Under the pieces are notes generated by a model, which saw only the letters and a program-made list of their open reading frames with translations, did not search any database and had not been told where the DNA came from. A stretch of 21,049 nt of DNA from Bacteriovoracaceae bacterium (GTDB lineage: Bacteria; Bdellovibrionota; Bacteriovoracia; Bacteriovoracales; Bacteriovoracaceae), in the NCBI GenBank assembly GCA_041586955.1, contig JBFGZE010000060.1:1-21049 (forward strand). Direction: 5' to 3'. The first letter of the stretch is position 1. Every line of letters begins with the position of its first letter. Of the stretch, positions 1 through 8,411 are shown one piece after another. A program made the translations under genes and the position numbers.

Positions 1-84
1 GCCTAACATTTTATGCAGGTGATGAGCAAAGGTTGTTTTACCAGAGCCTGAACCACCAGCAATTCCAATTATCAAAGGGGTCAT
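1..84 (-). CDS. udk: Uridine kinase, N-terminal part (runs off the left window edge)
   Basis: My translation from ATG at 84-82 gives MTPLIIGIAGGSGSGKTTFAHHLHKMLG, the uridine kinase P-loop. GGAG RBS at 93-90 overlaps the upp stop. Not in the ORF track. Confidence 0.88.
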   Translation of the reverse strand, partial: MTPLIIGIAGGSGSGKTTFAHHLHKMLG

Positions 85-92
85 GTTATCTC

Positions 93-725
93 CTACATAT
101 TTTGGAAAAGGCGATCTCCGGCATCACCAATGCCAGGTAAAAGGTAACCATTGTCGTTAAGGCCTTCCTCTTTATTAAGAGCATAAACTTTGACATCAGG
201 ATGAAAGTGGTGAAGTTTTTCTAGGCCTTGACCACTCACTAAGATAGACATCATTGTGATTTTGCCGACATTATATTGCTTAAGACGATCGATACAGGCA
301 ATGGCGGTATCTCCGGTCGCTAAGAGAGGGTCTAGTAAAATGATATCTTTCTTTTCTTGGGTCTCTGGCAATTTAAAATAATACTCAACGGTATTTTTAA
401 TAAACTTATCACGATAAATGCCAATATGACCTGCATTGGCGTTGGGGATCGCCTGTAAAACACCATCAAGCATACCGTTACCAGCACGCATCACAGAGAC
501 CACCAGTGGAGAATTTTTAATAAAGTTGGCAGGAGTGGCGCAAAGAGGTGTCTCAATGTTTTTGGTCTCTAATTCTAAATCTTCTGTCACATAGAGCGCC
601 AAATGCATGGCAACTTCATTCATTAAGCGGCGAAACTCTCGCGCTTGAGTACTTTTATTCCGCATCATACTTAACTTATGCGTTAAAACAGGATGGTTAA
701 CTTGAATATATTGCTTATCTGTCAT
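93..725 (-). CDS. upp: Uracil phosphoribosyltransferase
   Basis: 210 aa; HPVLTHKLSMMR, IETPL, VMRAGNGM, GHIGIYRD, PRPP loop LLDPLLATGDT, C-terminal GYLLPGIGDAGDRLF. Confidence 0.96.
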   Translation of the reverse strand: MTDKQYIQVNHPVLTHKLSMMRNKSTQAREFRRLMNEVAMHLALYVTEDLELETKNIETPLCATPANFIKNSPLVVSVMRAGNGMLDGVLQAIPNANAGHIGIYRDKFIKNTVEYYFKLPETQEKKDIILLDPLLATGDTAIACIDRLKQYNVGKITMMSILVSGQGLEKLHHFHPDVKVYALNKEEGLNDNGYLLPGIGDAGDRLFQNM

Positions 726-737
726 TTACGACTCCTT

Positions 738-1940
738 TTAAAAAACTGTACCGTCACTGGCCAATTGAATGGGGGGCGAACTTAATTCACAACGTTTTTT
801 CGCCAACCGGCGGCCGGCCCACCATGTTCCCCCTTCTAGCATTTTCGCTAGAGGGAATTCTTCTTCAGACTTACCTAACTTCTCACGAATAAGAGGTGCC
901 ATTTTATCAAGAAACACTAAAGTCAATGCACGCCATTCAATAATCAGAGCGCTATCTGGCCTATGGCGCTCATTGATCAGCGTCTGGTCCTTGAGAGAAA
1001 TAAGTCCACTATCAAGTAGTAATCCTCCATTGCGATATTCAGCAAGTCCCGTCAAGAGGTTGACTCCAATAACATCAATCCCTGCTTCTTCAATAGGTTC
1101 GATTAAAGAGTACGTAAGCCATTGAGAAAGTTTATGAAACACAATAAGTTCTTTCTCTCCACTTGGTAATGCGTACTCCCAAATATCACCAAGACTCACA
1201 CCCTTTATCTCAAGACGACTTGGCCAAATTCCGCCAAAGTATTTAAGAACAAAGCGCAGAAGGTCTGTGGCATGGATACTTTCCCCATCAGGGGCCAGAA
1301 AATCCAGAAGATCACCTGGGCGACCGTTAGGAAAAATATTTGGTTGTGCCGCGAGAACTTTCCCCAATGATTGCAGTAATTGGGTACGCCCCTCAACTCC
1401 AATCAAAGGATTAGATTCTGTTATTTGAAAACCTTGAATCAAGTCATCAACACTAAAGTCCTGTAAGTGTTTCGCCTGAACGCTAAAATTTGGGCCAAAC
1501 TTAGAGTCGACAAACATATGATAACTGGCAACCGCTAAACCTTCAGAGCGCTCGATACGACTCCCTGTCGATTGTTCCTGGTATGACCATTCATTGCCCG
1601 CTCCTGCGTCAAGAAGTACTGAGACCAATGCCAAATCAATCTTCGCCTTGGCCTTCTCCCGCGCATCAAAACCAGTAATTAAATGATCAAATTGCTTTTC
1701 ACGATCCACACCACCGGCACGAAAATGGCCCCAGCGAGAGTGAAAAGGAATCTCATAAGTCGGGTAATTATCTTTGATCACTTCTAAAACGTAATCTGTC
1801 ACTTCGTCTAATTTCTCAGGATGGAGATCAAAATGAGTCCCTCCCTTTTGGGCCATTTTATAAATTATTTGCGTCTTATCGCGAATCGCTTGAGGCGATA
1901 GCAGATAATCCACTAATTCATCGTCAAACTTCACTTTCAT
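738..1940 (-). CDS. urc4: URC4/Urg3-family protein (DUF1688), uracil catabolism
   Basis: 400 aa; IPFHSRWGHF, VSVLLDAGAG, RSEGLAVAS, FHKLSQWLTYSL, LTGLAEYRNGGL, LEGGTW, C-terminal SDGTVF. 4-nt ATGA overlap with the upstream gene. Confidence 0.92.
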   Translation of the reverse strand: MKVKFDDELVDYLLSPQAIRDKTQIIYKMAQKGGTHFDLHPEKLDEVTDYVLEVIKDNYPTYEIPFHSRWGHFRAGGVDREKQFDHLITGFDAREKAKAKIDLALVSVLLDAGAGNEWSYQEQSTGSRIERSEGLAVASYHMFVDSKFGPNFSVQAKHLQDFSVDDLIQGFQITESNPLIGVEGRTQLLQSLGKVLAAQPNIFPNGRPGDLLDFLAPDGESIHATDLLRFVLKYFGGIWPSRLEIKGVSLGDIWEYALPSGEKELIVFHKLSQWLTYSLIEPIEEAGIDVIGVNLLTGLAEYRNGGLLLDSGLISLKDQTLINERHRPDSALIIEWRALTLVFLDKMAPLIREKLGKSEEEFPLAKMLEGGTWWAGRRLAKKRCELSSPPIQLASDGTVF

Positions 1941-3196
1941 TCCTCTAACTCCCTACCGACAACATTATCAAGGTCTTCACCAGCACGAACTTCTCCGTCG
2001 GTAAAATAACCAGCGGCCTTTTTGGCCTCCATTTCAACCTGAGCGTCAGCAGGAATTAAATAGTCGGGAATAGAGCAACGATTAACAACTTCAATGCCAC
2101 TATTAACGATGGAGTCATATTTCATATTGCTCATAGAATGGAGATTATGAATTTTTTTAATGCCAAAATACTGAAGAATGTCAGGCATAAATTCTTGAAA
2201 ACGAGCGTCCTCAACACCAGCGACACATTCAGTACGCTTAAAATAAGTGGCCGCAGAATCACCACCAACTTGTCTCTTACGCGCATTATAAACGAGGAAC
2301 TTTGTCACTTCACCAAGGGCACGCCCCTCTTTTCTAAAGTAAACAATAATCCCAACGCCGCCATTCTGGGCGGTTTTCGCCGCTTCCTCAATGCCGCAGG
2401 TCAGGTATGGGCGACAGGTGCAGATATCGGAACCAAAAACATCAGAGCCATTGCATTCATCGTGAACACGACAAGTTAATTCCACTTCAGGATTGCGAAG
2501 ATCATTCACATCGCCAAAGATATAGGCCGTTGAGGAACCAATTGGTGGTAAGAAAACTTTTAAGTCTGGCCGTGTGACCAATTCAGGAAACATTCCCCCT
2601 GTTTCATTAAAAAGAATCTTACGCAATTCACCTTCATCGATATTTAATCTTTTGGCGATTCCTGGTAAATGCCAAACGGGTTCAAACGCCAATTTAGTTA
2701 CTTTGATATCTTTTTCTTTGGTCACGATTTTGCCGTCTACTTTCAAACGACCTTTTTCAATCGCCTCGTAAAGCTCTGGAATCTGAAGACGAGCTTGAGT
2801 CACAGCAATCGAGGGTTTAATATTGATCCCTTTATCTAAATAATCCTTAAAGACCTCTTGGACATGCCCTCCCCATGGATCGATGGAAACAATCTTGCAT
2901 GGATCAAACCATGAGTCAGCAGGAGATATTGTAATAGGGGCCTCTGTGTTATTGAGGTCAGGGTGGTGATCAGTTTTAAAATCACCTTTTGCGATAGAAA
3001 GTGCACGGTAAACGGTATAGGAGCCACTATGAGTACCGATAGCATTACGGTTTTCTTTTTCAGAAATCGTCGCAATAATTGGCCCTCTGGCCTGTGGATC
3101 TTTTGCACCCCATTCAATTGGAAGGGATTCTTTAAAAACTTGATTCTTATGCGATGTTAAAATCACATGTGACGAGCGCTTTAATTCATTCGACAT
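1937..3196 (-). CDS. urc1: URC1/Urg1-type GTP cyclohydrolase II-like protein (N-terminal extension plus GCH II domain), uracil/UMP catabolism
   Basis: 419 aa; N-terminal WGAKDPQARGPI and RNAIGTHSGSY of the Urc1 subfamily; zinc motif RVHDECNGSDVFGSDICTC; YFRKEGRALG. Adjacent to urc4 and upp. Confidence 0.9.
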   Translation of the reverse strand: MSNELKRSSHVILTSHKNQVFKESLPIEWGAKDPQARGPIIATISEKENRNAIGTHSGSYTVYRALSIAKGDFKTDHHPDLNNTEAPITISPADSWFDPCKIVSIDPWGGHVQEVFKDYLDKGINIKPSIAVTQARLQIPELYEAIEKGRLKVDGKIVTKEKDIKVTKLAFEPVWHLPGIAKRLNIDEGELRKILFNETGGMFPELVTRPDLKVFLPPIGSSTAYIFGDVNDLRNPEVELTCRVHDECNGSDVFGSDICTCRPYLTCGIEEAAKTAQNGGVGIIVYFRKEGRALGEVTKFLVYNARKRQVGGDSAATYFKRTECVAGVEDARFQEFMPDILQYFGIKKIHNLHSMSNMKYDSIVNSGIEVVNRCSIPDYLIPADAQVEMEAKKAAGYFTDGEVRAGEDLDNVVGRELEE

Positions 3197-3214
3197 TATA
3201 TTCTCCTTTCAGGA

Positions 3215-4693
3215 CTAACTCATCCAATTGGCATCAGATTGCATTTGCCATTTCGTTGTTATTTTTTTGACATCTGACCAGAAATCTAAGCTATGAAGTC
3301 CGGTGATATCACCATGGCCAAATTTTGAATCATTGACCCCTCCAAAAGAAAAAGGTTCTCTTGGAACAGGCACCCCAATATTAATGCCAACCATTCCGGC
3401 ATTGGCCATATTAGCGATCATTTCCGCCATCGCTCCGTTTGAGGTAAAGACGGAACAGGCATTGCCATATTCATTATCATTTTCAACGGCCATCGCTTCG
3501 GTAATATTTTGGCAACGAACAATACTCATAACCGGGCCAAATAATTCAACCGTTGCGGCAAAGCTTCCAGGTTTAACATTATCTAAAATAGTGGGGCCAA
3601 TCCAATGTCCGTCAGCAAAGTCTCCGCCAGGGTTTTGGTTACGCCCATCTAATAAAAGAGTCGCACCTTCGGCCAATGCTTTATCAATCGCTTCGTTAAG
3701 AAAGCTCACCTGCTCAGCAGTAATAATGGCACCCATTTTATCGCAAAGAGTAGTCGCCTCAGCGCGCTCTTTAATTTTTTGGATTTGCGCTTCAACATTG
3801 CCGACCGCTAATAGCACACTGGCGGCCATACAGCGTTGACCAGCACAACCCGTAAAGGAATCGGCAATCCCCTGCCCGGCGATAGCAGGATCAGCATCGG
3901 GAAGAAGGACGATATGGTTTTTCGCCCCACCTAAACAAAGAGCTCTTTTACCATTTTGGGAAGCGCGAGAATAAACGATTTTAGCCACTTTAGTTGAGCC
4001 GACAAATCCAACCGCCTTCACATCTTTATTATCAATAAGGGCGTTAACAGTCTCAGCTCCCCCTTGAACGACGGTAAGAACACCATCAGGAAGGCCTGCG
4101 TCCTTTAAGCAATTGGCAATGGCCATACTAGTCAGTGGTGTTTTTTCCGAAGGTTTCCAAACATAGCAATTACCGAGGGTAATCGCGATGGGAATAGTCC
4201 ACATAGGAACCATCGCCGGAAAGTTAAAGGGAGTAATAGAAGCGACAACCCCTAAAGGCCTGCGTCTATATTCACAAAAAACGCCGCGAGAGACTTCCAT
4301 GCGGCCGCCGAGATCAAGGTTTTGGATACTTAAAGCAAATTCCAGAACTTCAATCCCTTTCAAAATACCGGCCTTAGACTCCCCTAAGGTTTTCCCATTT
4401 TCACTACTGATTAAATGGGAGATTTCTTCAATTCGCTCATATAATAATTCGCGAAATTTAAACATAATTTGCGTGCGCTCCTTAATAGGAGTGCTCTTCC
4501 ACTTGGGAAAAGCTTCTTGAGCACGGGTGACGGCCAGGTCAACATCATTGCTGGTTGAATGATGGAATAGACCGATTGTTTGTCCCGTTAAAGGGCTTAT
4601 CACAAATTCCTCAGCACCAGTTGCTGGAATCCATTTTCCCTGAACAAAGTTTTGACAATTAATATGCTCACTCGGTAGACGAATGGAGGTCAT
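3215..4693 (-). CDS. mmsA: CoA-acylating (methyl)malonate-semialdehyde dehydrogenase
   Basis: 492 aa ALDH with ITPFNFPAMVPMW, KPSEK, FVGST, GGAKNH, catalytic CAGQRCMA and GMVGINIGVPVP, all typical of the MmsA/IolA subfamily. AAGGAG RBS at 4707-4702. Confidence 0.92.
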   Translation of the reverse strand: MTSIRLPSEHINCQNFVQGKWIPATGAEEFVISPLTGQTIGLFHHSTSNDVDLAVTRAQEAFPKWKSTPIKERTQIMFKFRELLYERIEEISHLISSENGKTLGESKAGILKGIEVLEFALSIQNLDLGGRMEVSRGVFCEYRRRPLGVVASITPFNFPAMVPMWTIPIAITLGNCYVWKPSEKTPLTSMAIANCLKDAGLPDGVLTVVQGGAETVNALIDNKDVKAVGFVGSTKVAKIVYSRASQNGKRALCLGGAKNHIVLLPDADPAIAGQGIADSFTGCAGQRCMAASVLLAVGNVEAQIQKIKERAEATTLCDKMGAIITAEQVSFLNEAIDKALAEGATLLLDGRNQNPGGDFADGHWIGPTILDNVKPGSFAATVELFGPVMSIVRCQNITEAMAVENDNEYGNACSVFTSNGAMAEMIANMANAGMVGINIGVPVPREPFSFGGVNDSKFGHGDITGLHSLDFWSDVKKITTKWQMQSDANWMS

Positions 4694-4700
4694 CTCTTAC

Positions 4701-4777
4701 TCTCCTTTTTTTGATGAGTGATTATCAACTCATCAAATGAAAAAAGAAAATAGTAATGATAAATCACGCGCTTGCAT
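4701..4777 (-). promoter_or_regulatory. Putative promoter and leader of the pyrimidine-catabolism operon, with a 10-bp inverted repeat next to the RBS
   Basis: TTTGATGAGT (4710-4719) / ACTCATCAAA (4728-4737) perfect inverted repeat. Possible sigma70-like ATGCAA-N16-TACTAT on the minus strand (4777-4750). Confidence 0.45.
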
Positions 4778-4837
4778 AGGATTTGCTGAAAAAAAACCAT
4801 TGAGATTAGTTTGACCTAATACTTACGATTAACCAAC

Positions 4838-4864
4838 TAAATTATTTTGATCAGTTACCGATAA
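4838..4864 (+). promoter_or_regulatory. Putative sigma-28 (FliA) promoter
   Basis: TAAA(4838-4841)-N15-ACCGATAA(4857-4864), versus the consensus TAAA-N15-GCCGATAA. Confidence 0.6.
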
Positions 4865-4871
4865 ATAGATC

Positions 4872-5900
4872 ATGAAATGGCAAAATGGGATATTTTTAAC
4901 GGGTTACTTTGGGCTTTGGGTCATATGCCTGGTGCTGATTTATCTCGTACCAGATTCTAACATATCTCTTCATCGGTCTCAACGCTCCCCCGCTAGTGCG
5001 CGATTAGAGTTTCCCATTGAAAATTGGTATGCCGGATTATTGGCCCCCCAATTTTATGGAAGTGTCAGTCATTGGCCACAATTTTTTTTACAGCAAAAAA
5101 AGTCCTGGCAAGCATGGCGGCCTAAAATCGACAATACCGACGATCAAGACCCTACTCATTTTTTAGCTCTTGCCTCGCAAAGTATGGGCCATCCCTATCA
5201 AGTGGTTGACCTGCCCTATGATCAAACAGCTCCCGACCTAGGGATCCTAATGGGCATTAATCAAGCAAGTATTTACCCAAAAATGAGCCCCGCACAAATA
5301 GACAAAATCCCCTTTCCACCCTATGTTGAAAAGTTTCAGTACACGGGACATTATTGGAGCTTTTACCCACAGGAGAAAATAGAGAAGCGAACATTAATTG
5401 TCCGTGCCGAAAAATTAAATAAAATAATTGATGAGTATAAAAAAGGTCCCCTTCAGATCAAGTTTTATTCTTTTAAAAAGCATAAAAAGGCCAAGCATAA
5501 TTTTTTAAGCTTTATCCATAGATTAAATCATCGGCCACTTAGTCATGACGTTTTTGAGATTCATTTTGGCCGCTTTCCCCATTGGCAAATCGAGGAACAG
5601 GATTTTAACAGTGGTCAATTTTTTCTCACCGGAAAAATGATGATTAAGGGCCTCCCCTACCCCTTTAAGGCAATCATTAAGGAACTGCATTTTAACCCAG
5701 AAGACCAACTTTATTTACCCAGTTCTCAAATGGAAATTGCGCTACTTTCTTGGGGGCTTAAGGATGCTGAAATCAACATGGCCCAAGAAGCTATTAAAAA
5801 AGAACTTCTGCGAAAAGAGCACCATGCCATTTGGGACGCTCTGAACCTGGGGCAACTTCACCCTCTCTGGCAGAGAAAAAGGGCCCTTGCTCATGAGTAA
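4872..5900 (+). CDS. Hypothetical membrane-anchored or secreted protein
   Basis: 342 aa ORF; N-terminal hydrophobic segment followed by an RSPAS linker; overlaps the next gene's start; no family recognised. Confidence 0.75.
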   Translation: MKWQNGIFLTGYFGLWVICLVLIYLVPDSNISLHRSQRSPASARLEFPIENWYAGLLAPQFYGSVSHWPQFFLQQKKSWQAWRPKIDNTDDQDPTHFLALASQSMGHPYQVVDLPYDQTAPDLGILMGINQASIYPKMSPAQIDKIPFPPYVEKFQYTGHYWSFYPQEKIEKRTLIVRAEKLNKIIDEYKKGPLQIKFYSFKKHKKAKHNFLSFIHRLNHRPLSHDVFEIHFGRFPHWQIEEQDFNSGQFFLTGKMMIKGLPYPFKAIIKELHFNPEDQLYLPSSQMEIALLSWGLKDAEINMAQEAIKKELLRKEHHAIWDALNLGQLHPLWQRKRALAHE

Positions 5901-7053
5901 ATTGATCAAATTGCTTTTCCTATTTTGCTATACGGGCGTTATCGCCTCTGAAGTTGACTTAACTGGCCTGCCTCATTTAATGGAGTCTTGTCAAAAAGAT
6001 CAAAAGATTAAACTTGGTGTAAAATTGGCCCATAGTTATTATTTTGGGCCGTCAGCGATCCGCCAATTATTGCGTTCCCATATACCTAATGAAGTGGATC
6101 TTTTAGATGCCAAAAAACTATCAGTACTCACCCAAAGAATTAAAGACAAGGACCTCTACCGACAACTCAATAAATGGCAACGTTTGGAGCTTCCCAATTG
6201 GTCATGCCTCCCTTCTATCCCCTTTAATAAAGTGCAGATTAACGAGCGTTTAAAGACTCATTCCCTGCTTAAATATTTTAACCGTCACGCGCATCAATCA
6301 AGGGATCTGAAGGATCAAATCTCCGAGTTTAATTTAGGACAAATCAAATGGGGAAATATGGATCGCAAGAATCCTATTCTCTATTGGAAAAACACTCGGG
6401 AAAAAATCGAAATATTAATCGAAGGACCGATGGCGGCGGTGACAGCTTATCTCATAGACCAATATTACTTAAATCGCCGATTCAATATTCAATTATCCCG
6501 TTATACCAAGATGGGAACCGATATCGGTTTACCGTTTTTACCATCCTTGCAGTCGAATCTCATTAGTGCCCAGGCCCAAACGATCCTAGAGGAAGAGAAG
6601 GATGTTAAACTGGAAACCACTTCTTTAAGCGATGATTATTTACTCAAAATCATTCAACAAAAAATACAATTACGTCGCGGCGATACGTGGCTAATAGGGC
6701 CTCTAGATCTGGCTCCAAGCGGAGTCTTACGTCGTTTTAAGTCGCCCAATTTTCACCCCTATACTCCTGCGCCAGACAGCAAAGAACATCTTAAAGAAAT
6801 CATCTTGCTCGGCAAAGAGCGAATCATCCTATCACCTAGGTGGGGTCAGGAAAAAGGCATCACCTGGTTTTTCTCCTCTCGTGCCCTGGCCAGAGATTTT
6901 CATTTCCAAATGAGAAACAGCTTGCATAATAAGCAAATACTTAGGCCCTATACAGGCCCAATCACCACAGAGATACAAAAAAACAAAGAGGCGAAAGAAT
7001 TATGGAATTGGTGGTATCGTCTAAAATTTCGCCAGTCCAATACTAACAAATAA
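5893..7053 (+). CDS. Secreted hypothetical protein, possibly a degenerate phospholipase D/cardiolipin-synthase fold
   Basis: Likely ATG at 5893 overlapping the upstream stop; signal-peptide-like N-terminus; IEILIEGPMA, TTSLSDDYLL...RRG and HLKEIILLG resemble PLD-superfamily segments. Confidence 0.65.
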   Translation: MSKLIKLLFLFCYTGVIASEVDLTGLPHLMESCQKDQKIKLGVKLAHSYYFGPSAIRQLLRSHIPNEVDLLDAKKLSVLTQRIKDKDLYRQLNKWQRLELPNWSCLPSIPFNKVQINERLKTHSLLKYFNRHAHQSRDLKDQISEFNLGQIKWGNMDRKNPILYWKNTREKIEILIEGPMAAVTAYLIDQYYLNRRFNIQLSRYTKMGTDIGLPFLPSLQSNLISAQAQTILEEEKDVKLETTSLSDDYLLKIIQQKIQLRRGDTWLIGPLDLAPSGVLRRFKSPNFHPYTPAPDSKEHLKEIILLGKERIILSPRWGQEKGITWFFSSRALARDFHFQMRNSLHNKQILRPYTGPITTEIQKNKEAKELWNWWYRLKFRQSNTNK

Positions 7054-7060
7054 GGCAGAT

Positions 7061-7088
7061 TAAAGATTTCCCAATCTTTAACCGATAA
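7061..7088 (+). promoter_or_regulatory. Putative sigma-28 (FliA) promoter
   Basis: TAAAGATT from 7061 and ACCGATAA at 7081-7088 (TAAA-N16-ACCGATAA), 33 nt before the GTG at 7122; AGGAG RBS. Confidence 0.6.
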
Positions 7089-7121
7089 TTATAGTCTGAT
7101 TAGTTAATCCTAGGAGAAGCT

Positions 7122-8411
7122 GTGTACGGCCCAAATCACTTTTATATTACTTTTAATCCCCATCTTAATGATTACCTTGAGGCGGATTATACCCAGGCAC
7201 ATGAATTTTTTGATTACCTTAAAGAGGAGATTACAAGCAATAAAAACGGCTATGCCTATTGGGGAAAAATTATTGCCCGGGATCGTGAAAGTAGTATTAA
7301 CATTGATCGATACCGAGACCTGATTAAGAATAATCAAGACAATAATTGTTCAACTCATCTCTATATTACCGACTTTAAAAATATTTGGGTTGGTAAGGTG
7401 GAGTCTATTCATCGCAATATTGGCAATGATTTTAAAACTCTTCAATTCTATAAAGAAAAGAATGTGGAAGTATGGTTTAAATTAAGTGACTTTACGCTAT
7501 TAGAATATTGTTATGAGTCCACCGCCAATAAGCTCAGTGAACTTTATATTGATAACGACTATATGAAATTAAAAATTGATGAACTCTCTCCTTTCACGAC
7601 TGGTATCAAATACCCCGCGATTGTCCAGGATTTATCGGAAGAACAATTTTTTGATCAATTAGAAGAAAATGAAACTCATCTTATCTTAAATGATAACGCG
7701 GCCATTAATACGACTGGTCTCCTCCAAGTGTCCAGGACATTGCAAACCTTTGCTCTACCAGAACCACTCTACTCAATGTTACCTCATTCTGCGAGATTTG
7801 AAATTCAATCAGCGGAACTCGATATGCTCGAGCGGCGCCATCATAATATTAAAAAAATTGCCTTTAGCTATATCAAAGCACTGGAAATGATCGTCAATGA
7901 CCTAACCATCGGTCATCTCAAACGGGCGGGACTTGGCGACCAATTTTTCGTCAAACCGGCGATGATGCCACCTAAGCTATATCTTGATGATAGAGAAGAT
8001 GACCTCCTGCCCATCGGCCTATTTCAAAAAAATTATTCCATGAATCAATTGGTTTATTTTTTTCAACGTTGTGTAAAAAGCGGTCGGATCGATTTCGCTC
8101 GCGCCTATAAAGGGCAAAAATTATTTCTCAAATACTTCACTCAGGATTTTCCAAAAAGAATGGAACATAATCATATTTATGAAATGCGTGGTGTCCTCGC
8201 CCATTCTGATTCATGCGCCGTCTCAATAAAAGACGCCATGGCGGTACGAAACTTAATTCTAGGTGTAGGTCATATGGGTGTCATTCATGAGCTCTACCAT
8301 CATTTTTCACCTGAACTCCTAAGGCCCATGGCCCAAGTACAGAGCATCCCTGATGATGGCAAAAAAATCACCTCTAAGGACGTTCAAAAAATCCTTAAAA
8401 AGGCGAGTTAA
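7122..8411 (+). CDS. Hypothetical cytoplasmic protein: HP0729-like N-terminal domain plus C-terminal HEPN-like domain
   Basis: 429 aa, GTG start with AGGAG RBS; N-terminal ITFNP..YWGKI..HLYITD..WVGKV; C-terminal SYIKALE helix and RGVLAH (Rx4H). Confidence 0.7.
   Translation: MYGPNHFYITFNPHLNDYLEADYTQAHEFFDYLKEEITSNKNGYAYWGKIIARDRESSINIDRYRDLIKNNQDNNCSTHLYITDFKNIWVGKVESIHRNIGNDFKTLQFYKEKNVEVWFKLSDFTLLEYCYESTANKLSELYIDNDYMKLKIDELSPFTTGIKYPAIVQDLSEEQFFDQLEENETHLILNDNAAINTTGLLQVSRTLQTFALPEPLYSMLPHSARFEIQSAELDMLERRHHNIKKIAFSYIKALEMIVNDLTIGHLKRAGLGDQFFVKPAMMPPKLYLDDREDDLLPIGLFQKNYSMNQLVYFFQRCVKSGRIDFARAYKGQKLFLKYFTQDFPKRMEHNHIYEMRGVLAHSDSCAVSIKDAMAVRNLILGVGHMGVIHELYHHFSPELLRPMAQVQSIPDDGKKITSKDVQKILKKAS

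Noticed and set aside
1937..3196. Annotating this gene as riboflavin-pathway ribA
   Set aside because: It has the Urc1-type N-terminal extension, lacks a RibB domain, and sits with urc4/upp rather than rib genes.
769..4520. Short ORFs overlapping the left operon (769-1125, 1205-1402, 2138-2479, 2574-2771, 2836-3117, 2963-3160, 3303-3839, 4188-4520)
   Set aside because: Antisense or out-of-frame shadows of well-supported genes, with no recognisable motifs.
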